64,000 bases of DNA, taken from NCBI GenBank assembly GCA_045632805.1, contig JAZQXI010000167.1, positions 1,295 through 65,294 of the forward strand, written 5' to 3'. Within the stretch, counting starts at the first letter, position 1, and every line of letters begins with the position of its first letter. Position numbers and translations under genes: made by a program. This stretch comes from Eubacteriales bacterium (GTDB lineage: Bacteria; Bacillota; Clostridia; Oscillospirales; CAG-272). The notes beneath the pieces are model-generated. The model searched no databases and was not told the origin of the DNA. It saw only the letters and a list, made by a program, of their open reading frames with translations. Shown in pieces: positions 1-7,828 of the stretch.

Positions 1-58
1 TATACGGCGGAAAACAACAGCCCGATATGAGAGGCTTTTGGACGAATTTGTGTGTTCA
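1..58 (-). CDS. 5' end of an unidentified CDS running off the left edge (MNTQIRPKASHIGLLFSAV...)
   Basis: The ATG (minus) at 56-58 has GGAGAA 5 nt upstream and lies just downstream of the coaX stop. Only 19 codons are visible. Confidence 0.3.
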
Positions 59-74
59 TGGCAGTTCTCCCAAG

Positions 75-863
75 TCAATGCTTGTCTTCTTTGTGTGCTT
101 GATTTTTATCCCAGATCAAACGCAAGCCCCTCAGGAGCAGCGTTTCGTCGATTTTCAAAGTGTGACGGCAGTGGGGAGCGACGGTTGAGGCAAGTCCACC
201 CGTTGCAACGATGGAGGCAATACTGCCGAGCTGCTCTTCAAAGCGGTCGAGCAAGCCGTCCAAAGCGCCCGCCGCACCGTAAATGATTCCCGATTTCATG
301 CAATCGACGGTGTTGGTGCCAATCACGTTCTTGGGCGAACTCATATCGGTAAGAGGGAGAAGCGCGGTCTTGTGCGCGAGCGCGTCCAAGGAAAGCTTGG
401 TGCCGGGCAAAATTGCTCCGCCGATAAAGCGACCTTTTTCGTCGATTACGGTCAGTGTCGTAGCCGTTCCCATATCCGCAATGACACAGGGGAGCGGATA
501 TTCCGCTTTTGCGGCAACACCTGCCACCACCAAGTCCGATGCCACGGTGCCGGGGTCGTTGATACAGATGTGTAGCCCTGTTTTGACGCCCGCGCCAACC
601 ACCAACGGCGTCTTGTGTGTCAGCTTTTGGGCGGCACGCACCAGCGTATCCGTTACGGGAGGCACGACGCATGAGATCGCAACTCCGCAGAGTGTATCGG
701 GGGAAACGCCCTCAAGCTCTAAAATCTGCTTGATCTTTGCGGCGTAACCGAACTCGGTTTCACACAGATCCGTCGGGATCCGAAAAACGGGGAAGGCTGT
801 GCCGAGAGAATCGACACAGCCAAGCGTGATATGTGTATTTCCGCAATCAATTGCAAGAATCAT
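75..863 (-). CDS. coaX: Type III pantothenate kinase
   Basis: The N-terminus MILAIDCGNTH carries the ASKHA DxGNT phosphate motif, followed by DMGTATT and ATGG motifs, in ~260 aa. The ORF-track start at 881 was trimmed to ATG 863, which is preceded by AAAGGA. Confidence 0.85.
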   Translation of the reverse strand: MILAIDCGNTHITLGCVDSLGTAFPVFRIPTDLCETEFGYAAKIKQILELEGVSPDTLCGVAISCVVPPVTDTLVRAAQKLTHKTPLVVGAGVKTGLHICINDPGTVASDLVVAGVAAKAEYPLPCVIADMGTATTLTVIDEKGRFIGGAILPGTKLSLDALAHKTALLPLTDMSSPKNVIGTNTVDCMKSGIIYGAAGALDGLLDRFEEQLGSIASIVATGGLASTVAPHCRHTLKIDETLLLRGLRLIWDKNQAHKEDKH

Positions 864-881
864 TTGAAAAATTCCTTTCAT

Positions 882-1487
882 TTAAAACCGCTTTTTTACA
901 GCGGAAATGACGCGAAGGATAACGGGGGTGAGGATCAGGTTGACAGCAAGCTCCACAAGGAAGTTGAGTCCTACCATGCCGAGAATGACATACGCAAACG
1001 CATTGGCAAAGCCCTCTGCGATTGCCCAGCCTGTGACAAGGCTGTTGTAAAATGCCAGCATACCGATGCAAAGGATACCCGTGTTGCAAATGGGGCAGGC
1101 AACAGCTGACAGAATCACGGCAAGCACGGGCTTGTTGTGCTTTTTAAGAATCATCCAGATCCATCCCGCAACAGCGCCTGCCGCAGTGCTTTTGAGCAAG
1201 CAAAGGAACAGGGTCAAAACGGGATTTTGTTGGAACATCAAAAATCCTCCGGGGTCAGCTCCGGTCACAACCGAAACGCAGACGATCGCTCCAAACACAG
1301 CGCCCAGCACAGCACCCGAAACGGGGCCGAACAAAATCGCGCCGAGAATAATGGGAACGAGCGAGAGTGTGATGGTAAAGGGGCCGATCTTGATGCCGCT
1401 TGCGACCAATTGCAAAATGATGACCACTGCGGCGAGGATTGCTGTTCCAACCAGACGTTGGATAAACTGACGGTTTGTACTTTTCAT
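882..1487 (-). CDS. ECF-transporter substrate-binding (S) component, pantothenate-type (PanT-like) by context
   Basis: The ~200-aa protein is Gly/Ala-rich with about 6 TM helices. ATG 1487 sits 8 nt after AGGAGG. Its stop abuts coaX, suggesting one operon. Substrate assignment is by context only. Confidence 0.65.
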   Translation of the reverse strand: MKSTNRQFIQRLVGTAILAAVVIILQLVASGIKIGPFTITLSLVPIILGAILFGPVSGAVLGAVFGAIVCVSVVTGADPGGFLMFQQNPVLTLFLCLLKSTAAGAVAGWIWMILKKHNKPVLAVILSAVACPICNTGILCIGMLAFYNSLVTGWAIAEGFANAFAYVILGMVGLNFLVELAVNLILTPVILRVISAVKKRF

Positions 1488-1810
1488 ATTCAATTCCTCC
1501 TGCTACTGTTTCGGTTAGCCATCAGAGAGTCGAACGCATAAGGTTTTCTGCGGCAAATATTTGGATAGCCTGCGGCAAAAAGTCTTGCAATATCCGTATA
1601 TTGCTTCACCTTTTTTCCTTGTCTCTTCCAAATATTTGTTCGCGGAAAACTGCGCGCACCCTACAACGAAGCCGCTTTTAGCGAATTTCGTTGGATCGAG
1701 GTGCGGGAAAGTGCGGACTTTTCAAGCCGAGATACGGCGGAAGGCGCAAAAGCGGCTCGTCGTAGGGCTTATGTGTTCGACTCTCTGATGGCTATTCCCG
1801 AATATAGTGC
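1488..1810 (-). promoter_or_regulatory. Long, highly structured 5' leader (candidate cis-regulatory RNA or embedded palindromic element)
   Basis: Nested inverted repeats: 1517-1542 pairs with 1768-1793 (26 bp, 1 mismatch). 1659-1679 pairs with 1748-1767 (20 bp, 1 substitution plus 1 bulge). 1543-1564 pairs with 1628-1650. The region lies between a consensus promoter and the RBS. Confidence 0.45.
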
Positions 1811-1816
1811 AAGGAG

Positions 1817-1845
1817 AGTATAGCACATTCCAAGAAAAATGTCAA
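1817..1845 (-). promoter_or_regulatory. sigma-A promoter of the S-component/coaX operon
   Basis: On the minus strand, TTGACA (1840-1845), a 17-nt spacer, then TATACT (1817-1822). Confidence 0.6.
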
Positions 1846-1924
1846 GAGAGACGGGGATTTTTTGCAAAATACTGTTTTTGGGATATTTTTTAAGCTTTTT
1901 CTTCAAATTACCGATCATGCACAT

Positions 1925-2140
1925 GATAAAAGCAATAGTTTGTCAGTTTGTTCAAATTTCTCAGCCGCTTTTCTCTTTGACCAAGAAGGCGCAAAGAGAA
2001 AAGCTAACAAAAGAGAAAACGCCGCAAAAGGGAATTTCGCGCTCTGCAGGAGCGCGACAAGGGTTTCGCACCCTTGACCCGCGCAAACTTTTGAAAAAGT
2101 TTGATCAAAACTTTGATTGCACTGACGATAGCCGTCAGAT
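1925..2140 (+). repeat. Structured intergenic repeat, copy 1 (ends degenerate)
   Basis: Shares the core ...GCCGCTTTTCTCTTTGACC..GGCGCAAAGAGAAAAGC...TTTCGCGCTCTGCAGGAGCGCG...CTTTTGAAAAAGTTTGATCAAAACTTT with the copies at 7078, 33903 and 54912. Confidence 0.7.
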
Positions 2141-2650
2141 CTTTTTCCTCAAAACGCTTTCGATCTCGCAGATATAAACTCTGTGATAATCCTTTTTGGC
2201 ATAGTGCGAGAGCATTTCGGAGTCGATAAACGCGTTTTCCTTGATATCATCCGCGTACAGCTTGTGGCAAATGAGCACCACCGAGGCTTCGGCGGGGTAA
2301 GGAACGCCGTTTTCGGTCAAGGCTTTGGTCAAGCCCGCCCCCTCGAATTTGTCACCGTCACGCCCTGAGGCTCTGCCGCAGAAGGTAAGCGCGGAGCGGT
2401 ATTCCTCGTTATCAAAGAAGGAAAGCGAGAGACGGTCGCTTTTTTCGGTTAACAAGTAGGTGTAGCGCTGCGGACGGATAAAGCAGAACGCCACAGGCTT
2501 GTTCCAAAGTACGCCCAAACCACCCCATGAAGCGGTCATCACGTTGTCGTGTTCGCCGTCGGAGGCACCGATCAGCATCCAATCCTTGCCGATGCGCGAA
2601 AAAACGCCGTCAAAATCCTCGGGGCGAACGGGAATCATGTTTTGTTCCAT
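2135..2650 (-). CDS. Flavin reductase-like / flavoredoxin-family FMN-binding protein
   Basis: The ~171-aa protein resembles the split-barrel flavin reductase family (MTASWGG..., FCFIRPQRYT). ATG 2650 sits 7 nt after AAAGGAAG. Confidence 0.55.
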   Translation of the reverse strand: MEQNMIPVRPEDFDGVFSRIGKDWMLIGASDGEHDNVMTASWGGLGVLWNKPVAFCFIRPQRYTYLLTEKSDRLSLSFFDNEEYRSALTFCGRASGRDGDKFEGAGLTKALTENGVPYPAEASVVLICHKLYADDIKENAFIDSEMLSHYAKKDYHRVYICEIESVLRKKI

Positions 2651-2826
2651 AACGTATCTTCCTTTCAAAACGGTATATTTATATCATACTCCCCAACTTT
2701 CAAAAATGCAAGCGGATGGGAAAAGTTTTTACAAAGAACAGGATTTACCAAAATATTAACAGCTTTTACATAGAAAATATTTTTTGCATACGATATAATT
2801 GATAAAGACGGAAAGGAGTGATCCAA

Positions 2827-4503
2827 ATGTGTTTTCAAGCGTTTCAACAGCCTTCGTTTTGGACGGAGTTGACCAAAGATTCCGCACGAGCGCCTTTGCT
2901 GGTTCATATTGAAAAGAAATGGGAGGAGCTTCGCGAGGATCCCATCCCATCTATCCCTTACTTTGACCGCATGTTGTTTTATAAAACGGGAGACCGCAAG
3001 AAATTTGAGACCCCGTATTTTCGCCATCGGAACGCGCTGTCGGCGGTGGCGATCCTTGCCTTGATCCACCCCGAACGAGGGGATTATCTCGCGGACGTAC
3101 AGCGTTATCTGTGGGAGATCTGCGAAGAGTATTCCTGGGCGCTTCCCGCGCATACCAAGGGAGATCCCGAAACAGATCCGTTTGAATTGGATCTATTCAA
3201 TTGCGAAACGGGTTTTGCCGTCACCGAGATCGCACACCTTTTGCGCGATCGCCTTGAAAAAGCGGTCTACGAGCGCGTCAGAATTGAGGTCAAACGCCGC
3301 ATCATCGAGCCGTACTGCACCAAATTGACCTGCTTTGACGATAATTTTGCCAACTGGGCGGCGGTTTGCGGCGGCAATGTCGGCGGCACGTTGATGTATT
3401 GGGATCCCGAGCTTTTTCGCGCGCAGCTTCCGCGCATTTTGCAGAATATGCAGAATTTTATCGACGGTTTCTCGGACGAGGGAATCTGCATGGAAGGAAC
3501 GACCTATTGGATCTACGGCTTTTCCAATTTTGTGTGGTTTTCGGAGATGCTGTTGGATTTTACCAATGGAAAAACGGATCTTATGAACAGCGAAAAGGTC
3601 GAGCTGATTGCGGGATATATGCAGCGTAGCTTTCTCAAGGGAAATACCACCGTCAGCTTTTCGGACGGGACGAGAGCGGGACGCGCGGCGGACGAATTGC
3701 AGTATTATCTGTCGCGGCGGTATCCAAATTCGGTGCACATGCTTCCGCGAGAAGTCAGCATAACATGGGACGGTAACGTCTCATGGATTCAATGGACGCG
3801 TGCGCTTTTGCACACACCGCCCGTCGATATTCCGCGTGCTTTGCCAACTCAAAATTACGATTTTCCCATGGCGGCACAGATGATCGTGCATGAGGATGCA
3901 TACTCGCTCTTTGCCAAAGCGGGAAATAACCGTGAAGAACATAACCACAACGACGTAGGCAGCTTTATTCTCGCCACCAAGAACGGACAAGTACTGTGCG
4001 ACATCGGTGCGGGGCTTTATACGCGGCAATATTTCCGCCATACCATGCACGAGCGCTATGCCATTCTTTGCAATTCCTCGCTCGGTCACAGCGTTCCCAT
4101 CGTCAACGGTCAGTCGCAACTTTTCGGCAAGCAGTACGCAGGCAGTATCCGACATCATGAAAATCGTATTGAGATCGAGATGGCGGGGGCATATGGGCTC
4201 CCCGAATTGCAAAGCCTTTCACGCGTGCTGTGCCATCAAGCCGACCGCTTGGAATTGACCGATTCTTATGAAGGGACGCTTGACTCCTTCACAGACCGTT
4301 TCGTTAGCTTTTTTGAACCGACGGTCAAAGAAAACGAGGTGATTTTGGCGGACTTGCACATTGGCTTTAACCCGTCGCAAGTCACGTTGACCGTGCATCG
4401 TGACAGCCACATCAACCACCACGGAGAGGCGGAAACGGTTTATCTTCTGGATTTTGAGATGACAAAAGGCGTCAAGTGCGCGACATTTGTTTTTACATTT
4501 TAA
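2827..4503 (+). CDS. Heparinase II/III-family protein (polysaccharide-lyase-like), no signal peptide
   Basis: It carries the C-terminal-domain signature EEHNHNDVGSFILATKNGQVLCDIGAGLY and an alpha/alpha-toroid-like N-terminal half. ATG 2827 sits 8 nt after GGAG. Confidence 0.65.
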   Translation: MCFQAFQQPSFWTELTKDSARAPLLVHIEKKWEELREDPIPSIPYFDRMLFYKTGDRKKFETPYFRHRNALSAVAILALIHPERGDYLADVQRYLWEICEEYSWALPAHTKGDPETDPFELDLFNCETGFAVTEIAHLLRDRLEKAVYERVRIEVKRRIIEPYCTKLTCFDDNFANWAAVCGGNVGGTLMYWDPELFRAQLPRILQNMQNFIDGFSDEGICMEGTTYWIYGFSNFVWFSEMLLDFTNGKTDLMNSEKVELIAGYMQRSFLKGNTTVSFSDGTRAGRAADELQYYLSRRYPNSVHMLPREVSITWDGNVSWIQWTRALLHTPPVDIPRALPTQNYDFPMAAQMIVHEDAYSLFAKAGNNREEHNHNDVGSFILATKNGQVLCDIGAGLYTRQYFRHTMHERYAILCNSSLGHSVPIVNGQSQLFGKQYAGSIRHHENRIEIEMAGAYGLPELQSLSRVLCHQADRLELTDSYEGTLDSFTDRFVSFFEPTVKENEVILADLHIGFNPSQVTLTVHRDSHINHHGEAETVYLLDFEMTKGVKCATFVFTF

Positions 4504-4510
4504 TCTCTCT

Positions 4511-4558
4511 AAGGGATCAAATGCCCCCATACCTGGCGCTTTGATCCCTTATTTTTTT
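4511..4558 (+). terminator. Intrinsic terminator
   Basis: An 11-bp stem (AAGGGATCAAA / TTTGATCCCTT) is followed by ATTTTTTT. Confidence 0.6.
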
Positions 4559-4588
4559 GAACGAGATGTTAACAATGGGAGGAAAGGA

Positions 4589-4640
4589 TTGACAATTGCG
4601 GCAGAAATGTGTTATAATTAACACAGCACACAGTGTGCTG
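4589..4640 (+). promoter_or_regulatory. Promoter plus palindromic operator candidates of the TetR gene
   Basis: TTGACA lies at 4589-4594 and TATAAT at 4613-4618. The palindrome GTGTTA-TAAT-TAACAC overlaps the -10. A perfect palindrome CAGCACAC-A-GTGTGCTG lies at 4624-4640. Confidence 0.55.
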
Positions 4641-4656
4641 AACAGGAGGTGTTTGA

Positions 4657-5250
4657 TTGACAGAGCATTTGCGCGACAAGGAAGAGCTGATTTCGGATGC
4701 GATGTCCGACAAGATCATCGAAATCGCAGAACGGATCGCAACCGCAGAGGGGGCGCACACGGTCACGGTTCGTAAGATCCTTTTGGAGCTTGGCATCACA
4801 AACCGCGTTTTTTATAACCGCTTTCGCAATGTTGATGACGTTTTGGCGGTCGTTTATAAAAATATGGTCGTCAAGATCCGCCGCGATATCATTTCGGAGT
4901 ATGATGAGACGCAGGACTTTTTCGAGTACGTGATGGATGTTATCGAGCGTTCTCTGATCATCACCTACGACACCAAAATGCAATTCAGCCAATATGCGTT
5001 TGAAAACGACTCGCTCACCGAAAGCAACTATACGTGGTGGACGGATGAGATCAAAAAGCTGATCGATTACGCCAAGGAGCGCGACCTGATATTGGACGTG
5101 GATTCCGAGGTGATGAGCTATTCGATCTGGTGCTTTTGCCGCGGATACAACGCGGATGCGGCGGGCAGAAACTTACCCAAGGACGAAGCGATCCGAAAAT
5201 TCAGGTATAGCTTCGGTTTTTTGCTGGAGGGCATGAAAAAACGCCCTTGA
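4657..5250 (+). CDS. TetR/AcrR-family transcriptional regulator
   Basis: The N-terminal HTH reads TVRKILLELGITNRVFYNRFRNVDDVL. The TTG start sits 7 nt after AGGAGG. Confidence 0.75.
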   Translation: MTEHLRDKEELISDAMSDKIIEIAERIATAEGAHTVTVRKILLELGITNRVFYNRFRNVDDVLAVVYKNMVVKIRRDIISEYDETQDFFEYVMDVIERSLIITYDTKMQFSQYAFENDSLTESNYTWWTDEIKKLIDYAKERDLILDVDSEVMSYSIWCFCRGYNADAAGRNLPKDEAIRKFRYSFGFLLEGMKKRP

Positions 5251-5341
5251 TTTTTGGCAATCAATGCCGCGAAATTTTTTTGCCGATGCGGCAACACTAA
5301 CAACAATGAAAAACATATACCGTGAAAGGATATTGTGAGAT

Positions 5342-7039
5342 ATGAAAAACGAAATGTTACATGAGAGACATGACTTTGCCAATGTTCGTGAGCTGATCGA
5401 ATGGGCGGGAGATACGTATGGAGACAGCTCTGCGTTTTCTTTTAAGCCCAATCCCCATAAGGCAGATATCACGGTGCGCAGCTTTGTACAGCTGCGTGAC
5501 GACGTGCGCGCTTTGGCTTCCTCGCTTTGCAAAATGGGGTGCGCGGGCAAGAACTGTGTACTGATTGGAAAAATGTCTTATGAGTGGGCAGTGATGTACT
5601 ATGCGACTCTTTCTATCGGTGGCATTCTGATTCCTCTGGACCGCGATTGGCAACCCGAGGATCTGGCAGATACCGTTGCAAAGGCAGACGCAGACTTTTT
5701 GTTCTGTGATGAGGAGAATGCCGAGAAGGCAAAACTGATCGCTTCCAAGGTTTCACTCAAAGAAGCTCCGATCTATTTGAATGCAAGCACGGAGGAGAGA
5801 AAGCTTTCCGATCTGATCGAGGCGGGACGTCCGCTTTATGAAGCGAACCCCGATGCTTATCACAACGCTCCCATCGATCCCCACACGCTGGCGCTGCTCG
5901 TCTTTACGTCGGGAACCACGGGCAAGGGCAAGGGTGTCATGCTTTCTCAAAATGCGTTTCTTTCCGACCTTTCCTCTGTCATTCCTTATATTGATTTCGG
6001 TAAAAAAACGGTCGGCGTTTTGCCGCCTCACCACACCTTCGGCTCCTCCGTTATGCTCATCGGTCATGTCATGATCGGATGCGAGATCTATATTTCCGCC
6101 GGACTTCGCTACGTTGTCAAGGAGCTCAAGGAGCAAAAGCCCGAGCATCTTGTGCTGGTTCCTCTGTATCTTGAAACCTTCTATCGTCGCATTCGCGCAA
6201 CCTTGAAGGAAAAGGGCAAGGAGAAGCTGGTGGCGAGAATGATCAAGATCAGCAACGCGCTTCGCAAGACCGGTATCGATGTGCGCAAAAAGCTGTTTGG
6301 CGAGATCCGCGCGGCATTTGGCGGTGAGATCAAGATGATCATTTCGGGCGGCGCACCCATCAACCCCGAGATTCTTGATTTCTTCGAGGCAATCGGTATC
6401 ACGACGCTCAACGGTTACGGCATCACCGAGTGCGCGCCCATTATCGCGGTTAACAGAAGCCGCCACGTGGTGAAGGGAAGTGTTGGAACGGTGCTGGATA
6501 TCGACCACGTCAAGATCGATTCTCCCAACGAAGACGGCGAGGGTGAGATCTGGGTCACGGGTCCCAATGTCATGCTCGGTTACTACAAGGACGAGGCTGC
6601 CACCAAGGACGCGATCGATTCCGAGGGCTTCTTCAAAACGGGCGACTACGGTAAGCTTGATAAGAACAACATCCTTTATATCACGGGACGAAAGAAGAAC
6701 CTGATCATCCTTTCCAACGGTAAGAACGTGTATCCCGAAGAGATCGAGAACGAGCTGATTGCGATTCCCGGCGTGATCGACGTCATCGTTTACGAGGGAC
6801 AGAGCAAGAGAGGACTGGAGTATAACGCTATCGTTGCCGAGATCTATCCCGATAAGGACTTTATTGAAAAGAATAACATTACCGATATTCAAGCGCATCT
6901 GCAGAAGTACGTGGATGATTACAACAGAGGCGCGGTACCATACAAGAAGATCGGTATTTTGAAGGTCAGAGACGAGGAGTTCCCCAAGAACACCCTGCGC
7001 AAGATCATGCGCTTCAAGCTGGATATGTCGATCGATTGA
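5342..7039 (+). CDS. AMP-dependent acyl-CoA synthetase/ligase (long-chain fatty-acid-CoA ligase-like)
   Basis: The AMP-binding motif LVFTSGTTGKGKGVMLSQ is present, along with GYGITE, the TGD region (FKTGDYG) and a C-terminal RKI motif. Confidence 0.85.
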   Translation: MKNEMLHERHDFANVRELIEWAGDTYGDSSAFSFKPNPHKADITVRSFVQLRDDVRALASSLCKMGCAGKNCVLIGKMSYEWAVMYYATLSIGGILIPLDRDWQPEDLADTVAKADADFLFCDEENAEKAKLIASKVSLKEAPIYLNASTEERKLSDLIEAGRPLYEANPDAYHNAPIDPHTLALLVFTSGTTGKGKGVMLSQNAFLSDLSSVIPYIDFGKKTVGVLPPHHTFGSSVMLIGHVMIGCEIYISAGLRYVVKELKEQKPEHLVLVPLYLETFYRRIRATLKEKGKEKLVARMIKISNALRKTGIDVRKKLFGEIRAAFGGEIKMIISGGAPINPEILDFFEAIGITTLNGYGITECAPIIAVNRSRHVVKGSVGTVLDIDHVKIDSPNEDGEGEIWVTGPNVMLGYYKDEAATKDAIDSEGFFKTGDYGKLDKNNILYITGRKKNLIILSNGKNVYPEEIENELIAIPGVIDVIVYEGQSKRGLEYNAIVAEIYPDKDFIEKNNITDIQAHLQKYVDDYNRGAVPYKKIGILKVRDEEFPKNTLRKIMRFKLDMSID

Positions 7040-7077
7040 TCGAACAACAGAACGGGCGGAGAGAAATCTCCGCCCGC

Positions 7078-7335
7078 AGACTGTAGACAAAACTACCGAT
7101 TTTCGTCAGCTTGACGAAAGTTTTGATCGCGCGCTTGCGCGTGTCTTTTATCAAAAGTTTGCGCAGTGGAGGCTGCGTAAGCCTCCTCGCCCTCCGCAGG
7201 GGGCGAAATTCCTCAAAAACGGCGTTTCTTTTTTGCCAAGCTTTTTTCTTTGCGCCTGCGGTGTCAAAGAAAAAAGCGGCATAAACGAATTGGTGCAAAT
7301 TAACAAACTGTATGCCTGTGGTTTACAACTTGGGT
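7078..7335 (-). repeat. Structured intergenic repeat, copy 2 (inverted orientation)
   Basis: The reverse complement aligns with copies 1, 3 and 4. It is bracketed by the identical 24-bp hairpin GGGCGGAGAGAAATCTCCGCCCGC at 7054-7077 and 7336-7359. Confidence 0.8.
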
Positions 7336-7371
7336 GGGCGGAGAGAAATCTCCGCCCGCTTTTCTATATTT

Positions 7372-7827
7372 TCAAGTTTTTCGCTTCAGTATTTCATTGA
7401 CGTGCAACAGCATTTTGGTCACGGCGCTGACAAGAACAATGCCAAGCGCCAAAGCGACCGCCAATTGAAGGGTATAGATCCCTTTTTCTAAAAAGCGGAG
7501 CAGATCTCCGTCAAAAACAGAGGTCATGGTGTAGTAGAGCGCGCCGCCGGGAATCAAGGGGATCAGTGACGTAATGACAAACGTCGTGGTGGGCGTTTTC
7601 AACACACGTGCCATGATTTCGGCGTAAACCGAGAGTAGAACCGCAACCAGAAAATAGCGGATCGGCTCGCTTTCGGTCAGGAATTTGAGCAGGACGAATA
7701 CCGCCCATGACAGAAAACCGCCGAACGCCGAAAAGACCAGCTTTTTTCCGTGAATGTTATAAAGGATCGCAAAGCCCAAAGACCCCAAGAAGCCTGTTGT
7801 GATCTGTAAAATTTCGAACGGCGTCAT
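7372..7827 (-). CDS. Threonine/serine exporter family protein (YjjB/DUF3815-like)
   Basis: A 151-aa protein with 4-5 TM helices, adjacent to and translationally coupled with the DUF1212-like partner. Confidence 0.65.
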   Translation of the reverse strand: MTPFEILQITTGFLGSLGFAILYNIHGKKLVFSAFGGFLSWAVFVLLKFLTESEPIRYFLVAVLLSVYAEIMARVLKTPTTTFVITSLIPLIPGGALYYTMTSVFDGDLLRFLEKGIYTLQLAVALALGIVLVSAVTKMLLHVNEILKRKT

Positions 7828-7828
7828 A

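Noticed and set aside
1839-2177. Small ORFs lying on the structured repeat copies: 1839-2177, 1862-2077, 7014-7298, 33878-34150, 33930-34124 and 54806-55090.
   Set aside because: The copies differ by indels, so no common reading frame or peptide is conserved. Substitutions instead preserve base pairing. I interpret them as non-coding.
5753-7090. A 445-aa ORF on the minus strand.
   Set aside because: It lies exactly antisense to the well-supported acyl-CoA synthetase gene. Its composition is Arg/Val/Asp/Leu-rich with no motifs, which is typical of shadow ORFs in GC-rich coding DNA.
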